Shown: positions 35,467 to 45,400 of the stretch, in pieces
Numbering within the stretch: the stretch's first letter is position 1
Layout of the letters: each line of letters starts with the position of its first letter
NCBI GenBank assembly: GCA_025594325.1
Contig: JANHCV010000001.1
Location: 4,712,001-4,776,000, forward strand
Origin: Blastocladiella emersonii ATCC 22665
Taxonomy: Eukaryota > Fungi > Blastocladiomycota
Direction of reading: 5' to 3'
Length of the DNA: 64,000 bases
Notes under the pieces: model-generated
Seen by the model: the letters and a program-made list of their open reading frames with translations, nothing else
The model's database searches: none
What the model was told of the DNA's origin: nothing
Made by a program: the position numbers and the translations under genes

Positions 35467-36750
35467 TCACTGCCCGCCGACGAGTGACAGCGAGCGCGAC
35501 GGCGACAATGACGACGCAGTTGAAGACGCGCGCGAGGTCGTAGACGGCGATGGTGGTGGCGAGGGTGCCTCGTCCGTTGCTGACACAACGAGCGGCACGG
35601 GGCGAGGCCGGCCGGCGATCTCGAGCATGTCGAGCGCGTTCATGGCGATGTTCAAACACGCGTTGAGGTCACGGTGGTAGTGGAACTTGCAGCACGGGCA
35701 CGACTTGTCGCGCCACGAGCCCGTCTGGACCAGGTTGCACTCGCCGCGCGCCGCCGCCGGATCGGTCATGGAGCACGCCGCACACCGCTTGGATGAGTAA
35801 CACTCGTTGATCATGTACACGGGGATCCTGTTCTTGCGCAGCGTGCGCACGAGCTCCTTGACGGGGCCCGAGTGATGGGCCGGCGCGCTGGCAAAGTCGG
35901 TCGCGTGCCCGATGAGGAAGATGACGCGGCGGCCCTCGAACCCGCGGGCCGCGTTAACGAGCTCGGCAAAGTACCGCTGCCGCTCCGACTTGACGTTGGC
36001 CTTCGTGCGCATCAGCTTCTCCTGGGCGCCGAACTTGATCATCTCGGGCGCCGCCGCGGTGCGCGCCGCCGCCATGGCGCCCAGGTCGCCCGTCGCGCTC
36101 GCGTTGCCCAGCTCAGCGTACAGGGCGTCCATGCCGCCCTCGTGCTCCCACTCGCGGCGGCACGCCTGCAGATTGTTGCTGCCCGCGCGTGGTGAGGCAA
36201 GGCGCTGGAGACCATGCCCGAGCGCTGCTTGCCTCGGATCGACTTGGTCCGGATGGTCTCGTCGTTCTCTCGCAAGTCAGCCTGGGAAACGATTGTTGCA
36301 AAGTTGAGATATATATTGTCAATGTTTACGTTAAAGCCCTTGTTGTTCGTAGAATTGTTGAGAAGCGACTCTGCTGATGGCGCGGTTGATGCTTGAGCGG
36401 AGCGCCCCCAACGCGTTCTGGGACGCGTTGGCTATGGTGATGGCTGTGACAGCCCGCCGAAGCCAGCCCACTGAACATCTCGGTCGACCGCTTCTGCTCT
36501 CCCCAACTGCAGCCCACGAATGTAAGCTACGAAGCCGTGTCTTGCGGCAGTTATCGCAACGCGCGCCGACGACGGGCTCGCCACCGCTAACGACAACTTG
36601 AGCGCGAAACGGAGTCCAAGGTGTGATGTCGCTCGTCAGCGGTTCCTCCCACGAGTCTCGCCCTTCTCACTCAGTCTGCCTTGTAACTCGTACAGCACGT
36701 TCTGCGGGACACTTTTGCCATCCACGGCCGCGCGCCAGTCCCATTGCAGC
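35467..36750 (-). pseudogene. Fanzor1/TnpB-like nuclease, C-terminal half (WED end, RuvC-I/II/III, zinc finger), frameshifted
   Basis: ORF 35467..36132 has IFLIG..KELVRTLRKNRIPVYMINECYSSKRCAAC..CPCC..HRDLNACLNI, matching the Fanzor/TnpB DExxTSxxCxxC..CxxC..RDxNAxxN pattern. Another frame upstream gives FNVNIDNIYLNFATIV, a candidate RuvC-I with the Asp codon at 36320-36318. AVDGKSV near 36725 may be the TDGxSV motif. Confidence 0.82.
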
Positions 36751-36780
36751 ACGCCAGCGACGACGATCACGACCAACGAG

Positions 36781-38125
36781 GGGTACGCCCTCGAACCTGT
36801 GCTCGACCTCCGCAGCGCGGCCGCCTCCTCACACAGTCCGCACCGCTGCCTGTAGCCGGGCGCTGGCTTCGTGTGCACACACAAGCGGCCCACGCGGACG
36901 CCCGACGAGCTGCCCGGGCCCGGCGAGTAGCAGACGGGCACGGACTGCAAGTCGACCGTCATCATGCCCATCATCGAGTCCTTCCGCGGCGGGAAGCAGG
37001 GCCGCAAGCTGAAGCAGCGCGTGCGCGACGTGCACCGCCGCGCCACCACCATCGGCAACAACCTCAACGTGCTCCTCTAGCTCTACGCCGTCGAATGCGT
37101 GCGCGTGGGTCGCGTCGAATTCGTGGAGATCTTCACCCTCGACCGCATCAAGTACGCCATGTTGCTCGTGTCGTGCGGGCTCGACATCACGGCGGGCCAG
37201 GACGACCTCATGGACCTCGCCTTTGCGCGCTACGCCGACTCGCTTCCTGACGGGCGCCACCACAAGTTTGCCAAGTGTAACGGCATCCGCCGCGTGCTCG
37301 ACCTCCTCGCCGGCGACCTGTTCAAGGACCTGCGCCACCGTTACAAGCCCATGGCGTGGAAGACGGTCGGCGACGTGGCCAAGGCCCTGGTCCGCCGCGA
37401 GACCATCGAGTTCTACGGCGCCGTCTACCGCGGACCCGTCATGGACCATCCAGACCTTCGCACCGGCGAGGAGATTGTCGCCATGGACTTCACTGAGCGG
37501 ATTGTCGAGCAGGTCCTCGGGGCACGGGTCGACGTGCCGATCCTGCCGTGCGAGCCGCTCTCACCTTCCTCCTCGAGCGGTTTGCCCCGATGCCCATTGA
37601 CGAGAGCTTGTTCCTCCCGCCCGACGACTCGCCGCCCGTGTTCGCGTGCACCGAGTACTTTGCTCAGTTCGACGCGCCGCTGATCCCGCCGTCTGAACCC
37701 ATTGACGTGCTGCCCAACATCGCCGTCCCGCTGCAGCCACCACGTCCCCCGCCGATACCCGCGCACTACCCACCACCGCAAGACCTCGACGATCCCGAGT
37801 CCTGGGACTGGCGATTCGGCCCCGTCCCATGGGTGCCCGCCGAGTTCCGCGTCACCAAGCGCCAGAAGCGCAAGCGGGTCGCGCAGCGGATCGCTGACGT
37901 GCGGCGCGACGCGGGTTTCCTCGACGACGTGACGCGCGACACCAACGGCATCTTCCACGTCGACTGGCTCAACCGGATCCACCGCCTCAGCAACCTCATC
38001 ACCGAGTACAAGACGGCAAGACGCTTGGCTTGCTCGCGCCGTCGTTCCCGCTCCCCGCGCTCGTGCCCGAATTCACGCGCGTGATTCAGCAGCAGGTTTC
38101 CAAGTTCGCTGGCGAGGGACACTAA
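36781..38125 (+). pseudogene. Fanzor1 N-terminal (REC/WED-start) half, opposite strand, with in-frame stops and frameshifts
   Basis: The frame at 36901 reads KSTVIMPII..LKQRVRDVHRRATTIGNNLNVLL*LYAV..FTLDRIKYAMLLVS..LAFARYAD..CNGIRRVLDLLAGDLFKDLRHRY, resembling the recalled Fanzor1 REC helices. TAG stops at 36853, 36928 and 37078. Frameshifts near 37560 and 38010. The final LLAPSFPLPALVPEFTRV resembles the FSxxPxRxSxIPxxIxID motif. Confidence 0.6.
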
Positions 38126-38551
38126 GTGCCGGTGTATGGGCTGATTCCCCTTTGATAATGGAAATAAATTGTCGAGGGCTAAAGCCCTCTTTCTAGACCG
38201 GGTCGCTGCCGGATAGGGTGCCGACGCTCACGTGAGCGCCATGCACGTGAGCGACCCGAAAACGCGTGACAGACGCGTCGTTTCTCATGTGACTGCTGTG
38301 GCGCAACGCGTCCTGGCCTTGCACGTGATCGGCCTCGGCCCAACCCGCGGAAGCGCCGCGCGGCGCCAACCACTCAAGGGCGAGCGGAGCGCGTTGCACC
38401 GACTCGCGTGCTTCGCGAGCTTCTGAGTTCAAGAGGATCAGAGCGATGTGAACGTAGGAGAACGAAAAGTATATCTTTGTGCGGGAGGAAACAAGAGTCT
38501 GCGCGAGTCTGCGCGAGGGGAATGAACAGAGTCGGGGCGGGAGCGAGTGCA

Positions 38552-39400
38552 TCAGGTCGACGAGGACAGGCGGCCGCTGCGGCGCCGCTTGGGCTGCGCC
38601 TCGTGCTCGTCGTTGACGACGCACTCCTCGTGCTCCTCCTCGGCGGCCGCGGCGGCGGTCGCCGCCGTGCGCTTCGTCGCGTTGGCGGTAGACGTCGGGA
38701 CACCGGCTTGGTCGTCACCGATGGCGGGGGGCGTGCACGCCGCAAGCGCCGCGGTTGTCGGAGCCGCAGCTGCGGCCGCGTCGTCCATGTCGCACCCGAC
38801 CGACACGGAGTTCGAGTCCGGCACCCCCACGACGATCTTGTCGATGCTGCCAATCGCGATGAACGAGTGCGTCCAAATGGGGTCCGCGCAGCTCGGGAAG
38901 CCGCCGTACTTCTTGGTGCCGGTGTTCTTGCCGCCGGCGTTCTTGGTGTTGGCGGGCGAGTTGATGGCGGGCGACACGACAGCGGGCGGCTGGATCGCGT
39001 GCTCCTGCGTCACGGGCGCCGCGGCGGGCGAGACGACGGCGGCCGAGATGTCGACGGGCTGCTGGATCGTGAGCTGCTGCGCCGCGGGTTCCGCGGCAAT
39101 CGAGGCGGCGACCTGCTGCACACCGTGACCAGCGGCGCCCGATGCGACGCCGTTTGCCGCGGCGCGGGCGGCCTGGTGCGCGGCGAGGTTGTTGACAAAG
39201 TTCTCGCGGCCGTCGCGCATGCACTCGTGGTACACCTCCGTGGCCTCGTTGAGCTCGGCCCGCATGCACTTCATCGTGCGCGGCACGCCTGCCGAGGTGA
39301 AGGCCTCGTCGCCGGGGAAGCCCGGGTCGTCGTCGGATTCTGACGAGTCCGACGCGTTCACGTCGCAGAGGAACCGCGGCCGCGGCGGTGCCGTCAGCGT
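38552..39400 (-). CDS. Hypothetical ORF inside the Helitron-like element, probably 5'-truncated
   Basis: About 270+ open codons with host-like GC3 and an NLS-like end (PKRRRSGR). There is no ATG at the 5' end of the open frame; the first ATG is at TMKCM. No family recognised. Confidence 0.45.
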   Translation of the reverse strand, partial: TLTAPPRPRFLCDVNASDSSESDDDPGFPGDEAFTSAGVPRTMKCMRAELNEATEVYHECMRDGRENFVNNLAAHQAARAAANGVASGAAGHGVQQVAASIAAEPAAQQLTIQQPVDISAAVVSPAAAPVTQEHAIQPPAVVSPAINSPANTKNAGGKNTGTKKYGGFPSCADPIWTHSFIAIGSIDKIVVGVPDSNSVSVGCDMDDAAAAAAPTTAALAACTPPAIGDDQAGVPTSTANATKRTAATAAAAAEEEHEECVVNDEHEAQPKRRRSGRLSSST

Positions 39401-39419
39401 CGCGCGAGCCGGACCCGTG

Positions 39420-42109
39420 CTTGGCGTCGTCGGTCAGTCGGAGAACGACATTGCTCTCGACCCAACTATCATCAACTCGGACGTGGAGGGCATCCTGGCC
39501 GACGACGGCGAAAACGAGGCGAACCTCGAGCGCATCGAGAGCGTGACCTCTACGCTGATCCCTGGAATGGGCCACGGCATGATGGGCACCCTGCTCTTCC
39601 CCGACGTGCAGCCGTTCGATGTCAACGCCGCGCCGCCGCCGCCGTACCTCGAGACGCCCATCTCGCCGACTGACGTCGAGAAGATCATGGCTCAACTATG
39701 CGCTGCCGCGGCTCAAGGTCATCCGACCGCGGATGTCGGCGCCGTACCTGTCGTTCCCGGGCCCGGGCAGCCACCCATGATCGGTATTGTTCCCGCAGTG
39801 CCATCTGGAGCCTCGACAAACACATCTCAGCATGGTATCGACCCGGAAATGGCCGTCGACGTGCCCGAACCAGAACTCGGACCAGCCGTTGACGTTTGGC
39901 GCAGCGCATTCACGACCACGCCAACGGATCCTGACGCGCGCGCGCGGTTCCTCGTCACCAAGGCCGCGCACTCAATCAGCAACTTTGCCTACGACACACG
40001 CGGCGACGAGTGGAGCGACGAGAAGCAGCGCACTGTGCACACGCCCGCGTACGCGAGCCTCGCGCAGGTCTCGCTCAAGTTCAACCTCAACGAAGAGCAG
40101 CACCGCGCGTTCGTGCTCTTCCTCATGCCGCTCATCGACACCTTCATCGGCGGCAACGCGGGTATCGCAGACGCTGCGGCCTTGGCCGAGCAGAACGTGA
40201 TCCTGTTGGGCCGCGACGACGTCCAACATGTCGTCGGCACCGCGGCCCTCCCGCCCATGAGCAAGGACCGGACGCCGATCATCCTCACCGGCTCGGGCGG
40301 CACGGGCAAGTCGCGCGTCGTCGATGCAATCCGATACTTCCTCGCGTCCTGGAACCGGGAAAAGTGCCTCATGGTCATGGCCATGACCGGGATCGCGGCC
40401 GCCAACATTCGCGGTACGACCATCCACGCCGCGTTCTCTTTCTCGCTAAGGCCGAAAGGAAACAGCCCGGATGTGGCCCGTTTGCGTACCGATCCTGCGG
40501 TTGTCATCGCGTGGAAAGGGCGTCTCGGCGTCGTCATCGACGAGTTCTCCATGTGCGACGCGACTTTACTAGGCCGTATCGACGCGAACCTGCGCCTCCT
40601 GCGGCGGTGCGACGAACCATTTGGCGGGTGCATCGTCGTGCCGGCGATCATTTACAGCTGCCTCCCGTCAACGGAACTGCCCTGTACAAGGTGCCCGCCG
40701 TGCTCAACGACGCGCCGGACTCGTTCTACCTGCGCATGACGTCAAATCAATTGACGGTCCCCGAGCACGTGGATCGAGGCCAGGTCGCGTACTGGCGCGC
40801 TACACGCGCTGTTCGTCTCGTGAAGAGCAACCGATTTGTCGACGATCCACCATGGGGCAACGAAATGGACGCGCTCCGCCTCGTCGAGGCGTCGGACACG
40901 CTGTGCGACCTGATCAACTCGCGTACGACCACTCAGCTTCAGCAGCAGGTCGACGAAAACGGCAACAACGTCCTCAAGGAGATCCTCAAGCAGCCCGGAC
41001 TCACGGTTATCGCGCCCGACAACCACACGCGCCACGCCTTCAACCTGCTCTACACGCGGCTCGCAGCAGCAAACCCGAACCGCATCGTGTTCCAGTTCAA
41101 GGGCAACATCACGCGCCCGCGTGATAGGCGCCGCACGCGTGAACGCGTCGCTATCTGCGACAAGGACGTGTTCCGCCTTGGAGGAGAGCCAGAAACCACG
41201 ACTGAACTGCCGGCCATCCTCGAGCTCTTCGTCGGAATGGAGATGCGCGTCAAGACCAACCAGTGCGTAGCAAAGGGGTGCGCGAACGGTGCGGTTGGCG
41301 TCGTGCACCACATCGACTGGAAGCCCGAGACCACGTTTACGCGAACCGCGTCCAACATGTACCGGCCATCCTGCGCTCCACTCAACGTGTGGATCGACCT
41401 GCCCGACGCTCCTTGTGGCCCTCGCTTCCCGGGCATGCCGGCCGCGTGGCCTGACACGGTCATCCCGCTTGCCGTGGAGAAGAAGGACCTCCTGTACATG
41501 GCGGGCGGTTCCCCGTCGCGAGAGCGGGTCGTCAGCACAACGGGGGATTCGCTCCCACTCTGTGTCAACAACACCAAGACCAACAGGAGCAAGTATCCTA
41601 ATCATGTCGTCGCGCACATCGAGCAGTAATCGATGGTACCAGCCTTCGCCATGACGGTCCACGGGGTTCAAGGCGGGACCAAGAACGCCATCGCCCTGGC
41701 AGATCCCCGTCCCGCGGGCATGGAGCGTCTCATCAGCGGCGCTTCCCTGTACGTGGCGTTATCGCGGCTTCGTCGTTCAAAGTACCTGTGGGTGCTTCAG
41801 CCGATCCCAAGAGTCGTGCTCAAGTCCATGAAGCCGGATCCACTCGCAGTGGCCGAGGACAAGCGGCTCCAGATGCTCGACGAGCTGACCAAGACCGCTT
41901 TCGATCAAGGTACAACCATCGCACCAGGCGACCCGCGCATCGCCAAGCTCTTCGACGACGCGATTCTCTTCTCGCGCCAGCACGCGGCTGAGAAGCTAGT
42001 CGCCAAGCGCGCGTCAGATGCTCTCGACGCAAGGTTTCGGCGATTGGCCAACAAACGTGCTGGAGGCGAGGACGGCTTACAGAACGCCAAGAAACAGAAA
42101 ACACAGTAG
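39420..42109 (+). pseudogene. PIF1-family (Helitron-type) SF1B helicase, disrupted
   Basis: FNLNEEQHRAF, Walker A GSGGTGKS (about 40290), MTGIAAANIRGTTIH, IDEFSM, GDHLQLPPV, PAFAMTVHGVQG and LYVALSR. Frameshift at about 40640 and in-frame TAA at 41627-41629. Confidence 0.9.
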
Positions 42110-42481
42110 AGTATTAACGTAGTGTATTCCATCATCTAATCCGTCAATAGCACGATTTCCATAGCTCGATCACCTAAATCTCCTGTGCGGGACGCACGGG
42201 ACAGCACCTCCACCAGTCGTGCACCATACGTGGCGGGGGCTTTAGCCCTCGATTGAAAACCAAACGCGAAGCGTTTAGGTGCCTCAAGTATAATACTAGC
42301 GAGCGAGCGAGGTTGCGACGCGTCCGGGTGCGGGACAGGGTGCGAGACGCGTTTCGAGTCACGGTTTTTGTCATGTGATGCTGCTCAGCCGCTCCGCTCG
42401 CTCCTCGCGCTCGGCGGCCCTGCATCGCGGCCGTGTGGGCTCATGTCGCCGACCCACCGACAATGCAGCACCTGGCCCACC

Positions 42482-45400
42482 ATGAATGCTGAAACTAGCG
42501 GCAACGCCGCCCGCGGCCAAGATCCAGACGGCGGCGGCAGCTTCCCGCCGCCCGGCCGCGCTGCGGCCCCGCTCGTCCCGCCCAGCGCCTCCTCGGGCCC
42601 CGACGACCTGGCTGTGCTGCAGGGCCGCGCTCGCATCTCAGAGTCCGTCACGTATGCATTCACGGAATCAGTTTCGGTTCCTACTTGCGCTGGACAACAC
42701 GGTGCCGAGTCGTTCTGTTGTCTCACAGCAGGCACTGCGCCACATGTTCTAGCGCGCACCGCCGCTCGAGCGCCGTCGAGTCGAACCACGCAAGGGCTGG
42801 CCATGCCATCGCGGCACCGGCACCACCACCACCACCTCCTCCTCCCGCCGGTGCTCCCGCTCAGGCCACGCGCTCGAAAAGGCTTACTTTTGGATCCAAG
42901 GTACGCACACCCGGCCGACTTCAGCGTCGCAACTGAATACTGAAGTGCTCCTGGATCATTCGTAGGGGGGTTTCACACCGTCGAGTACCATCAGGCAGCA
43001 GCAGCAGCAACAGCAGCAGCAGCGGTCTGCGCTGAGCGCCCCCACCGACCTTTACCGAGGTGCTGGCACACGAACTCAGTCTTCGTTGCCGCCAGGTGTC
43101 CACAACTGCTCTCAGCCGTTACTCTCTGGCCAAGCTCGAGCGGGCCATCTGCTTGGCCTGCAGCATACGTCGGACTCGGCATCGAGACCGTCGTCGGCAT
43201 TCCATCCGACGAAACCGACTGTGGGCGATACCCGCTCTTCGCGTACGCCGCAGTCGGGCTCGATTCTACAGCCGCCTTCTTTGAACCCGCAGCCGCGGCC
43301 ACCTGCCGCCGCGCAGCCGCATGATGTCATATCCCTCCTCGACAGCGACGACGACGATGCGTCGCCCCGATCGTATCCCATCGCGATGCGGTGGTTGGGG
43401 TACTTCATCCCGCCCAACCAGTCCAGCTCCCGCCAGTCTCTGGACGTCTCGCGCGCGGCGGCTCGCATCGTCGTGAGCGCGGCTGGCGTGCAGCACGTTT
43501 GGGACATTCCCCGTGATTCCAAGGTCGAGGTACGTCTTTCCGCGTGTTCGATCCAGTCAAGCGCCGCTAACCGTCTCCGACTCGCACGGATGTTCAGGTG
43601 TTTGAGCAAGGCCGCTTCATTGCCATCCTACCGCCGGTTGGCTGTCCCACTGCCCTTGAAACTGGACCGACGACGACGCACTATTCTCCCGGTACGACTG
43701 CACTTCCGCGTTCGCTGACAACGTCCAGAACTAATGAGAGTATCGCCACTTCTCTCCTTGCTTGCCGCGTCTAGATTCCATAAGTGTTGTTCGGCGCTGG
43801 GTCAAGTTCACGCTGTGCAAGTGGAGCAAGGACCTCGTCCGCCAGCTTCGCCTGCTGGTCAAGGACCTGAAGGTCCTCACGACTCTGTACGTCTTTCGCG
43901 TGCTGCGAGTCGTCCTGGTCTCACACGCTCGGTTCGTTGCATATAGGGAGGAAGTGCAAACTCTGCACGACAAGCAGTACACCGTCATGCGCCTCGCCCG
44001 CGAGTCGGGCTTCAATTTCACTCGGGCGGGCCCTCAGCAGTCCGACAGCGCTCCGACACGAACCAGTAACCCGCCGCCGTCGCTGGCCACGCGTTCGGAC
44101 CGCGACTTCTATGGAACCACGTCGTCATCGACCTCGACCGCGTTCGCGTCCTCGGCATCATCACGGCCTCGCCCGCCAGTCGTTCTGCGCTCCGCTGCGC
44201 CCTCCGCCACGACCTCCGCCGCGACCACCGCCTCGAACACGCCTTCCCACACGCCGTCTGGGGCGGTGTACATCGACAACACCGACGACGAAAGTTCGGC
44301 GTGTCGCGCACCCACCACTGCCGCCAGCAGCGCCGATTCCGCGCCACCACGACGGAGCACGCGCCTCGCCGCCACTACCACCGCCAGCACCACGCGCACC
44401 GTGTACAAGAAGCCCGCCGCTGCTCCACGCGCCAAGGCGCCGCCGAAACCCGCCGAACCGACCGCGCGCCAGATCATCACCGAGTTCCTCCGCGAGAACG
44501 AGCTTAACATGAACCTCGGGATGCAGCTGTTTGAGTTCCCGATCCCTCGCGCTGCTCCTGTTGTCGTCGCGCCCGTATCGGCTCCCGCTGTCGTCGCACC
44601 CGAGCCTGTTCCTGCTGCCGTCGCGCTCGCGCCCGCGCCCGCGCCCGAGTTGGCGCCTGATGCGCCCGAAGACTCGTCGGCGACCACCTCGGCGCCGGTG
44701 CTCGGCGCTGCCGCTGACGGCCTCGTCGCTGCGACCGGCGACGCGAACGGGCAGCCCGTCACCGAGCCTCCCGCCGCCGCACCCGCACCTGCCGCTCCCG
44801 TTCCTGTTCCTGCCGCCGCGCCTATCGCTCCGGCAGTATCCGCGGCCCGCGCGGCCGCCACGTCGCTCAGCATTGCGGTGCAGGACGCGCTGCGCCTCGA
44901 CGAGACCGAGTACCTCAACGACACCATGATCGAGTGGTACTGCAAGTACCTGCTCGGCAACCTGTCCGAGGCCGAGCGCGCCGCCGTGCATTGCTACAAC
45001 ACCTTCTTCTACCCGCGTCTCGCGCGCACCGGCGCCGACCGCGCGGCCGGGTACCGCGGCGTCGCCAACTACGCGCGCGGCGTCGACCTGTTCGCCAAGC
45101 GGCTCGTCATCATCCCCATGCACGAGTCGATGCACTGGTACCTCGCCGTCGTGTTCAACCCCGGCAGCATGATCGACCGCGGCGACGCTCCCGCTCCCGC
45201 TCCCGCTGCTGCCGCCGCGAGCAACGCCGAATCGGTCGTGCAGCCTGCCGCGGTGCCCGTCGCGCCCGTCGAGCTCGAGATTGACCTCATGGACGTGGAC
45301 GCGGCCGCCGACGCCGAGGCCGTGGCCGCTGAGAGCGCCGTCCTCGCGACCACGGCGCAGCTCGCCCAGCGCGAGGCCCACGCGCCCGTCCCGCCCTCGA

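Larger units (their letters stand above)
38172..42280 (+). mobile_element. Helitron2/Helentron-like rolling-circle element, defective (no Rep/HUH domain seen)
   Basis: TCGAGGGCTAAAGCCC (38172-38187) and its exact reverse complement (42237-42252). A 3' hairpin AAACGC-GAA-GCGTTT (42262-42276) follows. The interval encloses a Helitron-type PIF1 helicase. Confidence 0.7.

Noticed and set aside
36853-37080. Three in-frame TAG codons suggesting stop-codon reassignment or readthrough
   Set aside because: Host genes here end normally in TAG (MFS, RSPH14, DCAF12, DLIC), and the same region also has frameshifts. Decay is the simpler explanation.
39420-42109. Helicase as a cellular Pif1/Rrm3 gene
   Set aside because: It has a frameshift, an in-frame stop and a degenerate motif V (HGVQG). 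Its LNEEQxRAF N-terminal block is Helitron-like, and it is enclosed by transposon-type termini.
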